The notes: generated by a model not told the origin, from the letters alone. A stretch of DNA of 64,000 bases from Candidatus Krumholzibacteriia bacterium (GCA_050174015.1 JBFXKG010000005.1:163928-227927), one strand, 5' to 3'. Shown: positions 23,107 to 32,922, numbered from the stretch's first letter. Numbers and translations: made by a program.

Positions 23107-24789
23107 TTATTTTGTGCCGCAATGCGTTATCGCGGTCGCCCGTTCCAGGGCCTCGTCGATGTTCCCGCAGAGGTTGTCCAGGCCGATCTCCTCCAGGAGA
23201 CCGGCGTTCTTCAGGACGGTCAACGGCTGGGCGTGGATTCCCGAGAGGATCAGGGCCGTTCCCTCCCGTCTGGTCTTGACCACCAGGCTCTCCAGGGCGT
23301 GCAGGGCGGTGGCGTCCATGGCCATGACCTCCCGCAGGCGAAGGATGAGCACCCGGGGCGCCGTCTCGACCATGAACATGGCGTCCTGGAACTTGCTGGC
23401 GGCTCCGAAGAAGAAAGGTCCGTAGATCTCGAAGACCTCCACCCCCTCGGGGACGGTCTTGCGGGAGATGGCCAGGGGATCGCCCTGGGCTTCCTCTTCC
23501 TTCAGCATCGAGGTGACGAATCCCGACTGGCTGAGACCGGCCATCCGGCGCATGAACAGGAAGGCCGCCAGGACCATGCCCGCCTCGAGGGCGACCGCCA
23601 GGTCCACGATGACCGTCAGGCCGAAGGTGGTCATCAGCACCAGCACGTCGCTGCGGGGGCTGCGGAACAGGCGGACGAACAGGCGCCATTCGCTCATGTT
23701 GTAGGCGACGACCAGCAGGATGCCGGCCAGCGTCGCGATGGGGATCAGCCCGGCCCAGCGGCCCGCGAAGAGCATGATGACCATCAGGGTCGCAGCGTGG
23801 ACCATGCCGGCGACGGGAGTGCGGCCGCCGCTCTTGATGTTGGTGGCGGTCCGGGCGATGGCGCCGGTGGCGGGGATGCCCCCGAACAGGGGCGAGGCGA
23901 TGTTGGCCACCCCCTGGGCCACGAGTTCCATGTCGGAGCGGTGGCGCGTGCCGGCCATGCCGTCGGCCACCACGGCAGAAAGCAGGGATTCTATGGCCGC
24001 CAGCAGGGCGATGGTCAGGGCGGGGGAGAACATGGGCCGGATGGCCTCCCAGGACAGGTCGGGCAGCTGGGGAGCCGGCAGGCTCCGGGGCACCTCGCCG
24101 AAGCGGCTGCCGATGGTCTCGACGGGCAGGTGGAACAATGAGACGGCCAAGGTGGTGACCAGGATGGCCACGAGTGATCCGGGCACCTTGGGGGTGATGC
24201 GCCGCCACCAGACGACGATCACCACCGTCACGGTCCCCAGGGCGGCGGCCCAGGGGTTCCAGGTGTCCAGGTAGACCGAGTAGGCGGCCAGCTTGCCCAG
24301 GAAGTCGGCGGGCACAGCCTCCATCCGCAATCCCAGGAAGTCCCTGCCCTGGGAGGCCGCGATGATCAGGGCGATGCCGGTGGTGAAGCCCACGGTCACG
24401 GGATAGGGGACGAACTTGATGACCGAGCCGAGGCCGGCCAGACCCATGACCACCAGGATGCCGCCGGCCATCATGGTGGCGATGACCAGCCCGGAGTATC
24501 CGTGCTGCGCGACGATGCCGTAGACCACGACGATGAAGGCCCCGGTCGGCCCGCCGATCTGGACGCGGCTGCCGCCCAGCAGGGAGATCAGGAATCCGGC
24601 GATGATGGCGGTGTAGAGGCCCTGTTCGGGTTTGACCCCCGAGGCGATCGCGAAGGCGATGGCCAGGGGCAGGGCCACGATGCCGACGATCAATCCGGCG
24701 GTGGCGTCCTGGAGGAACAGGCGGCCGGAATAACCCTCGCGCAGGACGGTCGCGATCTTGGGCATCAGGCGGGTGGCCGGGCGGGTCAT
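23107..24789 (-). CDS. SulP family anion permease with STAS domain
   Basis: GIVALPLAIAFAIASG, QIGGPTGAF, GAIARTATN, STAS GPFFFGAA...MDAT. Confidence 0.93.
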   Translation of the reverse strand: MTRPATRLMPKIATVLREGYSGRLFLQDATAGLIVGIVALPLAIAFAIASGVKPEQGLYTAIIAGFLISLLGGSRVQIGGPTGAFIVVVYGIVAQHGYSGLVIATMMAGGILVVMGLAGLGSVIKFVPYPVTVGFTTGIALIIAASQGRDFLGLRMEAVPADFLGKLAAYSVYLDTWNPWAAALGTVTVVIVVWWRRITPKVPGSLVAILVTTLAVSLFHLPVETIGSRFGEVPRSLPAPQLPDLSWEAIRPMFSPALTIALLAAIESLLSAVVADGMAGTRHRSDMELVAQGVANIASPLFGGIPATGAIARTATNIKSGGRTPVAGMVHAATLMVIMLFAGRWAGLIPIATLAGILLVVAYNMSEWRLFVRLFRSPRSDVLVLMTTFGLTVIVDLAVALEAGMVLAAFLFMRRMAGLSQSGFVTSMLKEEEAQGDPLAISRKTVPEGVEVFEIYGPFFFGAASKFQDAMFMVETAPRVLILRLREVMAMDATALHALESLVVKTRREGTALILSGIHAQPLTVLKNAGLLEEIGLDNLCGNIDEALERATAITHCGTK

Positions 24790-25059
24790 GGAGCATCGGT
24801 CCGGCGAACAGGGGGCGGATGCCGGCCTCGGCGAGAGCGCGGGAGCCGGGGACACCAGGGAGCCGGCGGCCGGACGGCGTCGGGGCGGGGTGTGCCGAAA
24901 CGGCCGCCAATCTCATCCATTTTCCTCCGGATGACAAGCGGATATTATCAGGGGGTCCGGGGCCGCCCCTCGGAGGCCCGGATCCGGAGATACCCGGAAC
25001 ACCTGTTCGGAAGTCCCATCATGGGGAGGGGCGCATCACCTCCCCGGGAAGTGGTCGTC

Positions 25060-26160
25060 ATGAAGAAGTTGCTCGCCGTCATCGTTCTCGCGCATCTTGC
25101 CGGAGCCGTCCCGGCGGCCGCCGGATCCCTGGAAACGCGGCTCCAGGCCGTTCTGGAAACCTTCGCCGCCGCCAACCCATCCGCCCCTGGGGTGGTCGCC
25201 TGGGCGGTCTGTCCCGGTCAGGGCCTGGACTGGGCGGGGGCGGTGGGCTCGGCGAATCCGGAGACCGGGGAATCCCTCACCACGACGCACACCTTCCGGA
25301 TCGCCAGCAACACCAAGACCTACCTCGCGGCCGCCGTCCTGCTGCTGGCGGAGCAGGGCCGGCTGGGCCTGGACGATCCCCTGGCCCGCCATCTGACGGG
25401 TGAGCGCCGGTCCCAGCTGGCCGCCGACGGCTATGACCCGGAGGCCATGACCATCGCCCAGGTCCTGGCCCACACCAGCGGGCTGTTCGAGCACCCGGCC
25501 GATCCGCGCTACGCGGAGGCGATCATGGCCGACCCCCATCACCGCTGGACCCCCGACGAGCAGGTCGCCCGGTGCATCGAGTGGGGAGACCCGGTGGGCG
25601 AGCCGGGGGAGGAGTTCTCCTACTCGGACACGGGGTACGTCCTGCTGGGGGAGATCGTGGCCCGGTACGCGGGAACGGAACTGGGTCCGGCGGTCCGCAG
25701 CCTGGTGGGTTTCGAGCGCCTGGGCCTGGATTCGACCTGGTGGGAGATCATGGAACCGGTGCCCGCGGGGGCCGGGCCGCGCGCCCACCAGTTCTACGGC
25801 GAGTTCGACACGTATGACTGGGACCCGTCCCTGGATCTCTACGGAGGCGGGGGCCTGGTCTGCGACGTCGGGGACCTCGGGCTCTTCATCCGGCGACTGC
25901 TCAAGGGCGGGGTGCTGGGCCGGGAGTCCAGCCTGGCGGCGATGACCGGGCGGGGGACGGCCGGCTACCGGCTCGGCCTGATCTGCACCTCGCTGGCGGA
26001 CCGCCAGGCCTGGGGGCACTCGGGGTTCTGGAACACCTTCGCCTACCACGTTCCGAGCCTGGACCTGACGGTGGCGGGGTGCGTCCTGGACCACTTCGCC
26101 GAGCGCGGCCAGGTGCTCGCGGACCGGCTGGTGGCGGCGGTGGCGGATGCGGATCGGTGA
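25060..26160 (+). CDS. Secreted serine hydrolase (beta-lactamase/D-peptidase fold)
   Basis: Signal peptide; IASNTK (SxxK), LAHTSG, YSDTGY, WGHSG. Confidence 0.87.
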   Translation: MKKLLAVIVLAHLAGAVPAAAGSLETRLQAVLETFAAANPSAPGVVAWAVCPGQGLDWAGAVGSANPETGESLTTTHTFRIASNTKTYLAAAVLLLAEQGRLGLDDPLARHLTGERRSQLAADGYDPEAMTIAQVLAHTSGLFEHPADPRYAEAIMADPHHRWTPDEQVARCIEWGDPVGEPGEEFSYSDTGYVLLGEIVARYAGTELGPAVRSLVGFERLGLDSTWWEIMEPVPAGAGPRAHQFYGEFDTYDWDPSLDLYGGGGLVCDVGDLGLFIRRLLKGGVLGRESSLAAMTGRGTAGYRLGLICTSLADRQAWGHSGFWNTFAYHVPSLDLTVAGCVLDHFAERGQVLADRLVAAVADADR

Positions 26161-26271
26161 GGCGGATCTTCGAGAGGTTCACTGGAACTTTGACTCGGGG
26201 GGGGTGTTGATGATAGAATGTCAGGAGCTGGGAGCCCCCGGTTCCTCGATGTTTCCTTCGACCCTCCGGAG

Positions 26272-26679
26272 ATGGTCCGACCCGTGTCACCTTCCCTGCG
26301 TCCTGTCCTGAGCCTGTTCGCCCTGGTCCTCATCCTGGGCGGGATGGTCTCGCACCCGGAGGACGGTCTCCGGGTTCCGGGGCAGCCTCAGGTCGGCGGC
26401 GCGGTCCCCGAGCAGGCCGGAACCTGTTGCCCCTGTCGGGATTGTCCCGATCGGGAGACGGCGCCCGCCTGTCCGAGCCGGCCGGTCCCCCGTTGCCCCT
26501 CGGAGTCATCCTGCGGCCGCTGCGGGGGATGGGGTCAGGTGGGGGTCTACCTGGTTCCTGCGGCCGTCGAGGTCCTCTCCGACCGGGGCCGTGAACACGT
26601 GCCTGCGGTCGTCGTGCAGGCCACGGACATGGCCCTGTCCCCGCCGGTGCCGCCTCCGCGGCGTCTCATTCCTTCCTGA
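26272..26679 (+). CDS. Cys-rich, Pro-tailed exported leader peptide (CutF/CruR/DUF2946-like architecture)
   Basis: Hydrophobic N-terminus, 8 Cys (CCPCRDC, CGRC), C-terminal SPPVPPPR. Start uncertain (26218/26272/26284). Confidence 0.65.
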   Translation: MVRPVSPSLRPVLSLFALVLILGGMVSHPEDGLRVPGQPQVGGAVPEQAGTCCPCRDCPDRETAPACPSRPVPRCPSESSCGRCGGWGQVGVYLVPAAVEVLSDRGREHVPAVVVQATDMALSPPVPPPRRLIPS

Positions 26680-26719
26680 TCGATCCTTGCCACGAGAAAC
26701 CCGTCGAAAGGATGAGACG
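26662..26719 (+). promoter_or_regulatory. RBS-sequestering stem between the leader 3' end and the downstream start
   Basis: CGTCTCATTCCTTC (26662-26675) pairs 13/14 with GAAAGGATGAGACG (26706-26719), directly before ATG 26720. Confidence 0.65.
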
Positions 26720-27283
26720 ATGAAATCCAACATTCGCCTTTTCGCCCTGCTCGCCCTGCTTGCCGCTGCGGTCCTGGCCGTGGGGCTCGCCCTGGCCGGT
26801 GACGAACCCGCCAAGACCGGGGAGGCGGCCAAGACCTCGAGCGGATGCAGCGCGACCTGCAGTGCCACCTGCACCGGCGAGGAGGCTGCCGCCAAGGTGG
26901 AGACTCCCGCGCCGGCAGTACCCGTCGAGGCCGGGGTCAAACCCGCCTGCGAGGGCCACGCCGCCCATGCGGTCCATGCGGTGCATGCCGCGCAGGACGG
27001 CGCCGCCGTGGCCTGCACCCATGAAGGCGCCTGTGCCTGCCCCCAGTGCAAGGACGGCAAGTGCGAGCCGGGCAAGTGCGATTGTTCCCAGTGCAAGGAC
27101 GGCAAGTGCGTCTGCTCGCACACCGCCGAGGCCTGCAAGGCCCATGCGGAGGCCTGCGCCGGTCATGCCGCCGGGGGCGAAGCCCCGGCCGAGGCCACCC
27201 AGGCGGCCGTAACGACGACCGACGCCCCCAAGGCCGGCTGCGGCGGGTGCCCGTCGGCCAAGACCGGCTGCGGCGGGAAGTAG
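26720..27283 (+). CDS. Secreted Cys/His-rich metallothionein-like protein (187 aa)
   Basis: Signal peptide; 19 Cys and 8 His; duplicated CxCxQCKDGKC unit; terminal CGGCP..CGGK. Confidence 0.75.
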   Translation: MKSNIRLFALLALLAAAVLAVGLALAGDEPAKTGEAAKTSSGCSATCSATCTGEEAAAKVETPAPAVPVEAGVKPACEGHAAHAVHAVHAAQDGAAVACTHEGACACPQCKDGKCEPGKCDCSQCKDGKCVCSHTAEACKAHAEACAGHAAGGEAPAEATQAAVTTTDAPKAGCGGCPSAKTGCGGK

Positions 27284-27300
27284 GTTCTCCATCCGAACGC

Positions 27301-27332
27301 AAGGCGCCCCCCTGCCGGGGGGCGCCTTTTTT
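27301..27332 (+). terminator. Rho-independent terminator
   Basis: aaggcgcccccc-tgcc-ggggggcgcctt followed by TTTT. Confidence 0.85.
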
Positions 27333-27353
27333 GGGCCTCGGATGTGCGGAGGA

Positions 27354-28052
27354 TCAGAAGGTCAGGACGGCGCCCAGCTCGAAACGGGTCAGGTCCGTCT
27401 GGGATTCCGAAGGCCGGAAGATCGTGGTGCTGCCATCGACGGTGATGGATCCCTCGGTCAGGTACTCGGCCTCGCCGCCCTGACCGAACATGACCTTGGC
27501 GTCGATGAAGACCGTGGGCTTGTCCTTCCCGTCGCCTTCGCTGACCCTGATCTTCAATCCGCCGCCGACACCGTACTGCAGGGTGAAGTCGTCGAAGTTC
27601 ACCTGCTCGGCGACGTCGTCGTCGTCCCACCAGTCGGCATCCACCAGCTTGGATTCGGTCCACAGGTACTGGCCGCCGAACCGGCCCTCGAGATAGGGGA
27701 CGATTCCCCCGCGGGCCACGAGGTTGAACTGCCCGAGCAGGAAGAAACCGGCGATGTTGTTGTTGGTCTCGATCTCGAAGTCGTCCACCAGGGGCAGGGT
27801 CTCCCTCCGGGTTTCGCTGCCGTAGATCACGTAATCGGCGCCGAGACCCAGGGAGAGCCTGGAGTTCATCGCATAGGCGTAATGGGCGATGATGCCGAAT
27901 CCGGGGTCGTCCACGGTGTCGCCGAACTCCCCGGCGGGAGCCGCGAGTTCCAGCCGGATCCCGGCTTCGTGCTGGGCGTCCGCAGGGGTGGCGGCCGCGC
28001 CCAGGAGCGCCGCGCAGGCCATCGTCAAAGTCAATCGGGTTATGGTCGGCAT
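27354..28052 (-). CDS. Outer-membrane beta-barrel protein (OmpA-like transmembrane domain)
   Basis: Signal peptide, amphipathic strands, VPYLEGRFG, terminal ELGAVLTF. Confidence 0.8.
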   Translation of the reverse strand: MPTITRLTLTMACAALLGAAATPADAQHEAGIRLELAAPAGEFGDTVDDPGFGIIAHYAYAMNSRLSLGLGADYVIYGSETRRETLPLVDDFEIETNNNIAGFFLLGQFNLVARGGIVPYLEGRFGGQYLWTESKLVDADWWDDDDVAEQVNFDDFTLQYGVGGGLKIRVSEGDGKDKPTVFIDAKVMFGQGGEAEYLTEGSITVDGSTTIFRPSESQTDLTRFELGAVLTF

Positions 28053-28128
28053 GTTATCCCTCCACAGGATGAATGGGTCCGTCGCACCGGGAAAAAATGT
28101 CCCGGAGGATGGGGATTCACAAGACATT

Positions 28129-29565
28129 TCAGCGGATGGGGTCCTCGATCCGGTAGACCGCGGTGTTGTGGTTGACGATGTCGTAGTCGAACAGCTTGAC
28201 GAGGGTGAGCCTGGGGGCGAGGCCACCGGGCAGGGGCTGCTGGAGCAGAGGGTCGAGCCCGGGCGCCAGGGTGTGGGTCACCAGGACGTTGGCGATGATG
28301 TACTCGGCGCCGTGGTTGCGGGCCCAGGTGACGATCAGGTCGGCGCTCTCCTCGTCGGGGATCTTGATGAAACGGCATCCCGCCCAGTAGCTCGTGTAGG
28401 GTTTGTAGGCGGCGATGATCGTTTCCCGGTCCACCCGCTCCCTCAGCCACAGGCCGGCGTCGCGCAGGCCGTAGTAGGCCTCGGTGTTGGGACGCACCCA
28501 GCGGGCGTCGTCACGGTTGGCGATCCCCAGGCCCCCCAGGGCGAGCACGGCGAGGGCGGCGCCGGCCCACCTGCGACCGCCGGTCCTGCGGACGATCCAG
28601 CCTGCGCCCAGGCCTGCGGCCAGCAGCAGGAAGGGCAGGTAGGGCTGCCAGAACCGCACGACCATGGGGTTGATGATGAAGGGGACCGGCAGGAAGGGCG
28701 CCAGCATCCACAGCCAGCGTCCGCGGCCGGCAACGAGCCCCACGACGGCCAGGATCACCAGGGGCAGCCCCAGCAGGCCGGGCAGCATGGGGGCGAGCTT
28801 GGCGGAGTTGCCGGCGAACAGACCGAGGTAGGACCAGCCCGGGTGGGCCTGGAGGCTCAGGCTGAGCGCGACGTCCTTGCTGCTCAGGCCCCAGGCGCCG
28901 CCGGCGACCCGGACGTAGACGAGGTAGGGCAGGATGGGGACGGCGAGCCCCGCGACCATCCGCCAGCGGATGCGGCGCTCGCGCAGCGCCTCGTGGAGCA
29001 GCAGGCCGGCGGCCGCCAGGACCGCCTCCGGCCGGATCAGGTAGGTGAAGCCGAACAGCAGGCCGGCCGCCGTCCAGGATCGCCGGCGATACAGCAGCCA
29101 GGAGCCCAGCAGGCCGCAGGAGAAGCTCATCTCCGAGAGATCGCCCTTGCTCAGGATGATGTTCTGGGGCAGGAAAGCCAGGATCGCCGATCCCGCCAGG
29201 CTCCACCAGCGACCCAGGAAGGGCCTGAGGACCAGAAAGGCCAGCAGGGGCAGCAGGACGCCGCAGGCCACGTTGGCGGCCTGGGCGGCGCGGAACAGCT
29301 CCAGGGGATCGCCGGGTTCGACGAAGATCAGGGGTACGGCGATGAGCAGGGGCCAGCCGGGCGGAAAGCAGCTGAAGGACATCCGGCCGGTGGTCAGCAG
29401 CTGCCGGGCCTGGTCCAGGTAGTTGACCCCGTCGACCGTCGGCCATTCGTTGAGCGAGGCGTAGCGAATGCGCAGCAGCAGAGCGGCGGCCAGGATGACG
29501 GCCAGCAGTCCGGGGGCGATCCAGGGACTGTCGAGCCGGGTGGTCGTCGTGTTGCGGTCGGTCAT
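28129..29565 (-). CDS. Polytopic membrane glycosyltransferase (GT-C, ArnT/PMT-like)
   Basis: TM1 followed by DGVNYLDQA, PPGWP, LSE, YLIRPE; about 10 TMs and a soluble C-terminal domain. Confidence 0.7.
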   Translation of the reverse strand: MTDRNTTTTRLDSPWIAPGLLAVILAAALLLRIRYASLNEWPTVDGVNYLDQARQLLTTGRMSFSCFPPGWPLLIAVPLIFVEPGDPLELFRAAQAANVACGVLLPLLAFLVLRPFLGRWWSLAGSAILAFLPQNIILSKGDLSEMSFSCGLLGSWLLYRRRSWTAAGLLFGFTYLIRPEAVLAAAGLLLHEALRERRIRWRMVAGLAVPILPYLVYVRVAGGAWGLSSKDVALSLSLQAHPGWSYLGLFAGNSAKLAPMLPGLLGLPLVILAVVGLVAGRGRWLWMLAPFLPVPFIINPMVVRFWQPYLPFLLLAAGLGAGWIVRRTGGRRWAGAALAVLALGGLGIANRDDARWVRPNTEAYYGLRDAGLWLRERVDRETIIAAYKPYTSYWAGCRFIKIPDEESADLIVTWARNHGAEYIIANVLVTHTLAPGLDPLLQQPLPGGLAPRLTLVKLFDYDIVNHNTAVYRIEDPIR

Positions 29566-29693
29566 GGTGATCGGGTTCGCCCTCGCTCGGGTGCCGGGTG
29601 CGCGCGCCGGGGAATTATACCCCGGCGGCGGGAATTTTCCATGCTTACCCGGATCGATGGCGGTATTCTCCGGATGAAGGAGGCGAGGCAAAC

Positions 29694-30545
29694 ATGACGA
29701 CGAGAATTCGCATCCCCAACCGCGGGCGGCCCGGGGCGGTCGCGGCGGCGGCATTGCTGCTGGCGGTCTGGGCCTGCGGTCCCCGCATCAGGCAGGTGGA
29801 CGTGGCCGCCGGCTTCGATCCGGCGGATCTGACCGGGGCCAGGGTCGCCGTTTGCGGGGCCGTGCTGGGACCCCGGGCGGAACTGGACCGCACCGCCGCT
29901 TTCCCCGGCTTGACGGGAATCCCTGACGACCTGATCCAGTGCGACCGCTGGGCTCCGGTCCTCTACGGGGCGCTGATGGAGACGCGGCCCGACATCCACC
30001 CCTGGCCCTGGGATGCGGTCGGCAGCCAGCTGCCCACCGACCGCTTGATGCTGTTGCTGGATTCCTGGGGAGGTGGCGGGACGCCCGATCCGGCGCTGGT
30101 CCGGGAACTGGGTCGTTATCTTCCGGGAGTGGGGTATCTGGCCCTGGCGCGGATCGAGGGGAACGAGGTGCTCACCCGCCAGAGTCTCGAGACCACGGAT
30201 TCCGACCAGAGGGTCCGCGACGGCCGGGACGTCCACGGGGGCATGGTGGACCGCACCATGAACGTGCAGCGCAAGGTCTCGGTGGCCGTGGAGATCTTCG
30301 CAGCGGAAACGGGGCTGTCCGTCTGGTTCGCCGAGGGGACGGCCGACCGCCGCGCCCTGTTCAACGCCCCCGACCTCGAGGAGGCCACGGCTCCGCCTCC
30401 GCTCGAAGGGCCGGAGGGGACCCGGCCGGTGATCGACGTCCAGGGCGCCCCGGTCAAGGCTCCCGATTTCGACGCCGTGTTCGGGGACGCCTGCCGCGCC
30501 TTGCTGGCGAAGCTGCCGCGGCCGGAAGGTCCCGGCGGCGGTTGA
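29694..30545 (+). CDS. Hypothetical lipoprotein
   Basis: AAGGAGG RBS; hydrophobic stretch ending in lipobox-like VWAC. Confidence 0.6.
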   Translation: MTTRIRIPNRGRPGAVAAAALLLAVWACGPRIRQVDVAAGFDPADLTGARVAVCGAVLGPRAELDRTAAFPGLTGIPDDLIQCDRWAPVLYGALMETRPDIHPWPWDAVGSQLPTDRLMLLLDSWGGGGTPDPALVRELGRYLPGVGYLALARIEGNEVLTRQSLETTDSDQRVRDGRDVHGGMVDRTMNVQRKVSVAVEIFAAETGLSVWFAEGTADRRALFNAPDLEEATAPPPLEGPEGTRPVIDVQGAPVKAPDFDAVFGDACRALLAKLPRPEGPGGG

Positions 30546-30593
30546 GGGCTCGATGCGTCGGTCGGGCGAAGGCCCGCCGGGCAGCCGCCCGGC

Positions 30594-30764
30594 TCAGCCC
30601 ACGATCATGGTCGTGGGGGCGGGACGGGGGCCGTCCTTCGGCCGCACGATCTCCGGCCGGTTCATCTCCGCGATGATGACCGTCACCAGGCTGCCGGTCA
30701 CCAGGGCGCCGAGGAACACCACGATCCAGATCCAGGGTCGGTCATACAGCCATTTGCGCATCAT
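30594..30764 (-). CDS. 56-aa single-TM protein, minimal CcoH/FixH-like; absent from the ORF track
   Basis: MMRKWLYDRPWIWIVVFLGALVTGSLVTVIIAEMNRPEIV..., 19 nt after the ccoG stop. Confidence 0.6.
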   Translation of the reverse strand: MMRKWLYDRPWIWIVVFLGALVTGSLVTVIIAEMNRPEIVRPKDGPRPAPTTMIVG

Positions 30765-30783
30765 GTTCCGATCGGCGTCCGGG

Positions 30784-32214
30784 TCAGGGCCCCCGGAAGC
30801 GGACTTCGACGTCCAGGCGCTCGCCGCTGGTGGAGTCGGTGAAGGTGAACTTGAAATCCTCGGGCAGAGAATAGCTGGATTGCGGCATCATGGCAAAAAG
30901 GGTCAGGGCGATGTCGTCGAGACGGTCCAGTTCCACCCGGGGCTGGGGAATCAGGAACTCCACGCCCTCGCGGCCCGCCAGGGCGTCGGGGGCGGGTGCG
31001 ACCAGGTAGACCTGCCGCCGGTCCGACTTGTTCTGCAGGCTCATGGTGTAGAGATTGCGGATCACCCCGTTCTCGATGGTGAACGGCAGGCCCCGGGATC
31101 TCATGACCGTCACCTGGAACGATTCACGCTGGCCGGTCCGGACGACGAACAGGCCGGCCAGGGCGGCGATGATCGCCGCGTAGATGAAGAACCGCGGCCG
31201 GAAGAAGCGCGCCCGGCCGGTCTCGAAGCCGCGTGAGCTGTCGAAGCGGATGAGGCCGCGGGGCTTGCCGATCTTCTCCATGATGTCGTCGCAGGCGTCG
31301 ATGCAGGCCGTGCAGCCGATGCACTCCATCTGCAGCCCGTTGCGGATGTCGATGCCGGTGGGGCAGACGTCCACGCAGCGGTTGCAGTCGATGCAGTCCC
31401 CGCCCGTATCCACCCCCTTGTGCCGGGGTTCCCCGCGCTTCCCGTCGTAACCGATGATGACGGTGTCGTAATCCACCAGCGTGGACTGCAGCCGGCCGTA
31501 AGGGCAGATGATCAGGCAGGTCTGCTCCCGGAACCAGCTGTAGTCGAAGTACAGCATGCCGGTCCAGAACAGGCTCCAGACCAGGGCCGTCACGTTGCCG
31601 GGGAACAGGGGGATGCTCTCCCACATCTGCCGCGTGGGAATGAAGTAGCACATGAAGGCGATGGCCAGGTTCCAGGACAGGAAGATGAAGATCCCGTGCT
31701 TGAGGATCTTGCGCCACCACATGTCGAATCCGCCCTTGCGGTTTCGCTTCATGCGCTCGATGCGGCGGCCCTCGATCAATCGCTCGATGGGCCGGAAGAC
31801 CCCTTCCATGAAGACCGTCTGGGGACAGGCGAACCCGCACCAGACCCGGCCGAACAACGAGGTCGCCACGAACAACCCGATGCCCAGGCCGATGAGCACG
31901 AAGAAGAACAGGTGGAAGTCCTGGTTGGTGAAGGTGGCGCCCATGAGGTAGGCCGCCCGGCCGGGGATGTCGATGAGGATGGACGGGTGCCCGCCGACGG
32001 TGATCCAGGGCGCGGCCAGGTAGATCACGATCAGGAAGGCGTAGGCGACGTACTTGCGGGTCGTCCACTTGCCCTTGACCTCGGCGACCTGCAGGAAATT
32101 GCGGGAGCCGTCCGGGTTGATGGAGTAGACGGTGTTGAGGTCGGGCCGCCGCTTGTCCCTGAGGGCGCGGTTCTTCCCGGGGCTGCTGGTTTCCTTGCCG
32201 TCCTCGGCGGACAT
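30784..32214 (-). CDS. ccoG: cbb3 oxidase accessory protein CcoG/FixG
   Basis: GRVWCGFACPQTV, CLIICPYGRLQS, CIDCNRCVDVCPTGIDIR, CIGCTACIDAC. Confidence 0.95.
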   Translation of the reverse strand: MSAEDGKETSSPGKNRALRDKRRPDLNTVYSINPDGSRNFLQVAEVKGKWTTRKYVAYAFLIVIYLAAPWITVGGHPSILIDIPGRAAYLMGATFTNQDFHLFFFVLIGLGIGLFVATSLFGRVWCGFACPQTVFMEGVFRPIERLIEGRRIERMKRNRKGGFDMWWRKILKHGIFIFLSWNLAIAFMCYFIPTRQMWESIPLFPGNVTALVWSLFWTGMLYFDYSWFREQTCLIICPYGRLQSTLVDYDTVIIGYDGKRGEPRHKGVDTGGDCIDCNRCVDVCPTGIDIRNGLQMECIGCTACIDACDDIMEKIGKPRGLIRFDSSRGFETGRARFFRPRFFIYAAIIAALAGLFVVRTGQRESFQVTVMRSRGLPFTIENGVIRNLYTMSLQNKSDRRQVYLVAPAPDALAGREGVEFLIPQPRVELDRLDDIALTLFAMMPQSSYSLPEDFKFTFTDSTSGERLDVEVRFRGP

Positions 32215-32325
32215 CGGGCTCTCCTTGGCGCAATAGCCTAGATTACAGCTGTGTGTTCCGGGAATGCGAAGGGCGGCCCCTTCAGGTTGCCGCCCCAACG
32301 CCTCCATCGCAGCGGGATGCCCGGG

Positions 32326-32922
32326 TCAGAAGGAGCACGGGTTCCCTTCGGGGGCCTTGCCGGGCACCTCGGTGCCGCGCAGGGTCAGGACGTAGGCCAG
32401 GACCGTCTGGGTGCGGGTGGGACCCAGCTGGTTCATCCAGGCGGGCATGCCCTTGGCGGCGACCCCTTCCCGCACGACCTTCAGCATCTGCATGGGCTCG
32501 CAGCCGTGGATCCAGAACCCGTCCGTGAGGTTGGGCCCGACGCTGCCCTGGCCCCGGTCGAGGTGGCAGGCCACGCAGTGCTTGACCCAGAGATCGCGGC
32601 CTTCGGCCACCCTGGCGGGAATTTCGGTCATCATCATCAGGGTCTCGTTGCTGATGCCGGCGGCCTCCGCCCGGGCGAGCTGCTCCTCCTGGGCCTGGAG
32701 CATGACCGCGTCGAACCTCTCGACGGGGAGCGGGCGGAGTTCCAGGGTGTGGAACACGACCCAGTAGAACAGCGCGAAGACCATGGAGCCCCACATGATC
32801 CACATCCACCAGTTGGGCAGCCGGTTGTCGAACTCCTGGATCCCGTCGTACTCGTGCTCCATGACGGTGTCCTGGCGGTATTCCTCCCGGTTGTCCCGGG
32901 CGTTGTCCATGTGCTCGGTCAT
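32326..32922 (-). CDS. ccoP: cbb3 oxidase subunit III, mono-heme
   Basis: HEYDGIQEFDNRLPNWW; single CVACH; GPNLTD; MPAW. Confidence 0.93.
   Translation of the reverse strand: MTEHMDNARDNREEYRQDTVMEHEYDGIQEFDNRLPNWWMWIMWGSMVFALFYWVVFHTLELRPLPVERFDAVMLQAQEEQLARAEAAGISNETLMMMTEIPARVAEGRDLWVKHCVACHLDRGQGSVGPNLTDGFWIHGCEPMQMLKVVREGVAAKGMPAWMNQLGPTRTQTVLAYVLTLRGTEVPGKAPEGNPCSF

Noticed and set aside
25060..26160. Beta-lactam resistance gene
   Set aside because: Fold-level similarity only; the YSD and HSG motifs fit a peptidase or esterase equally well.
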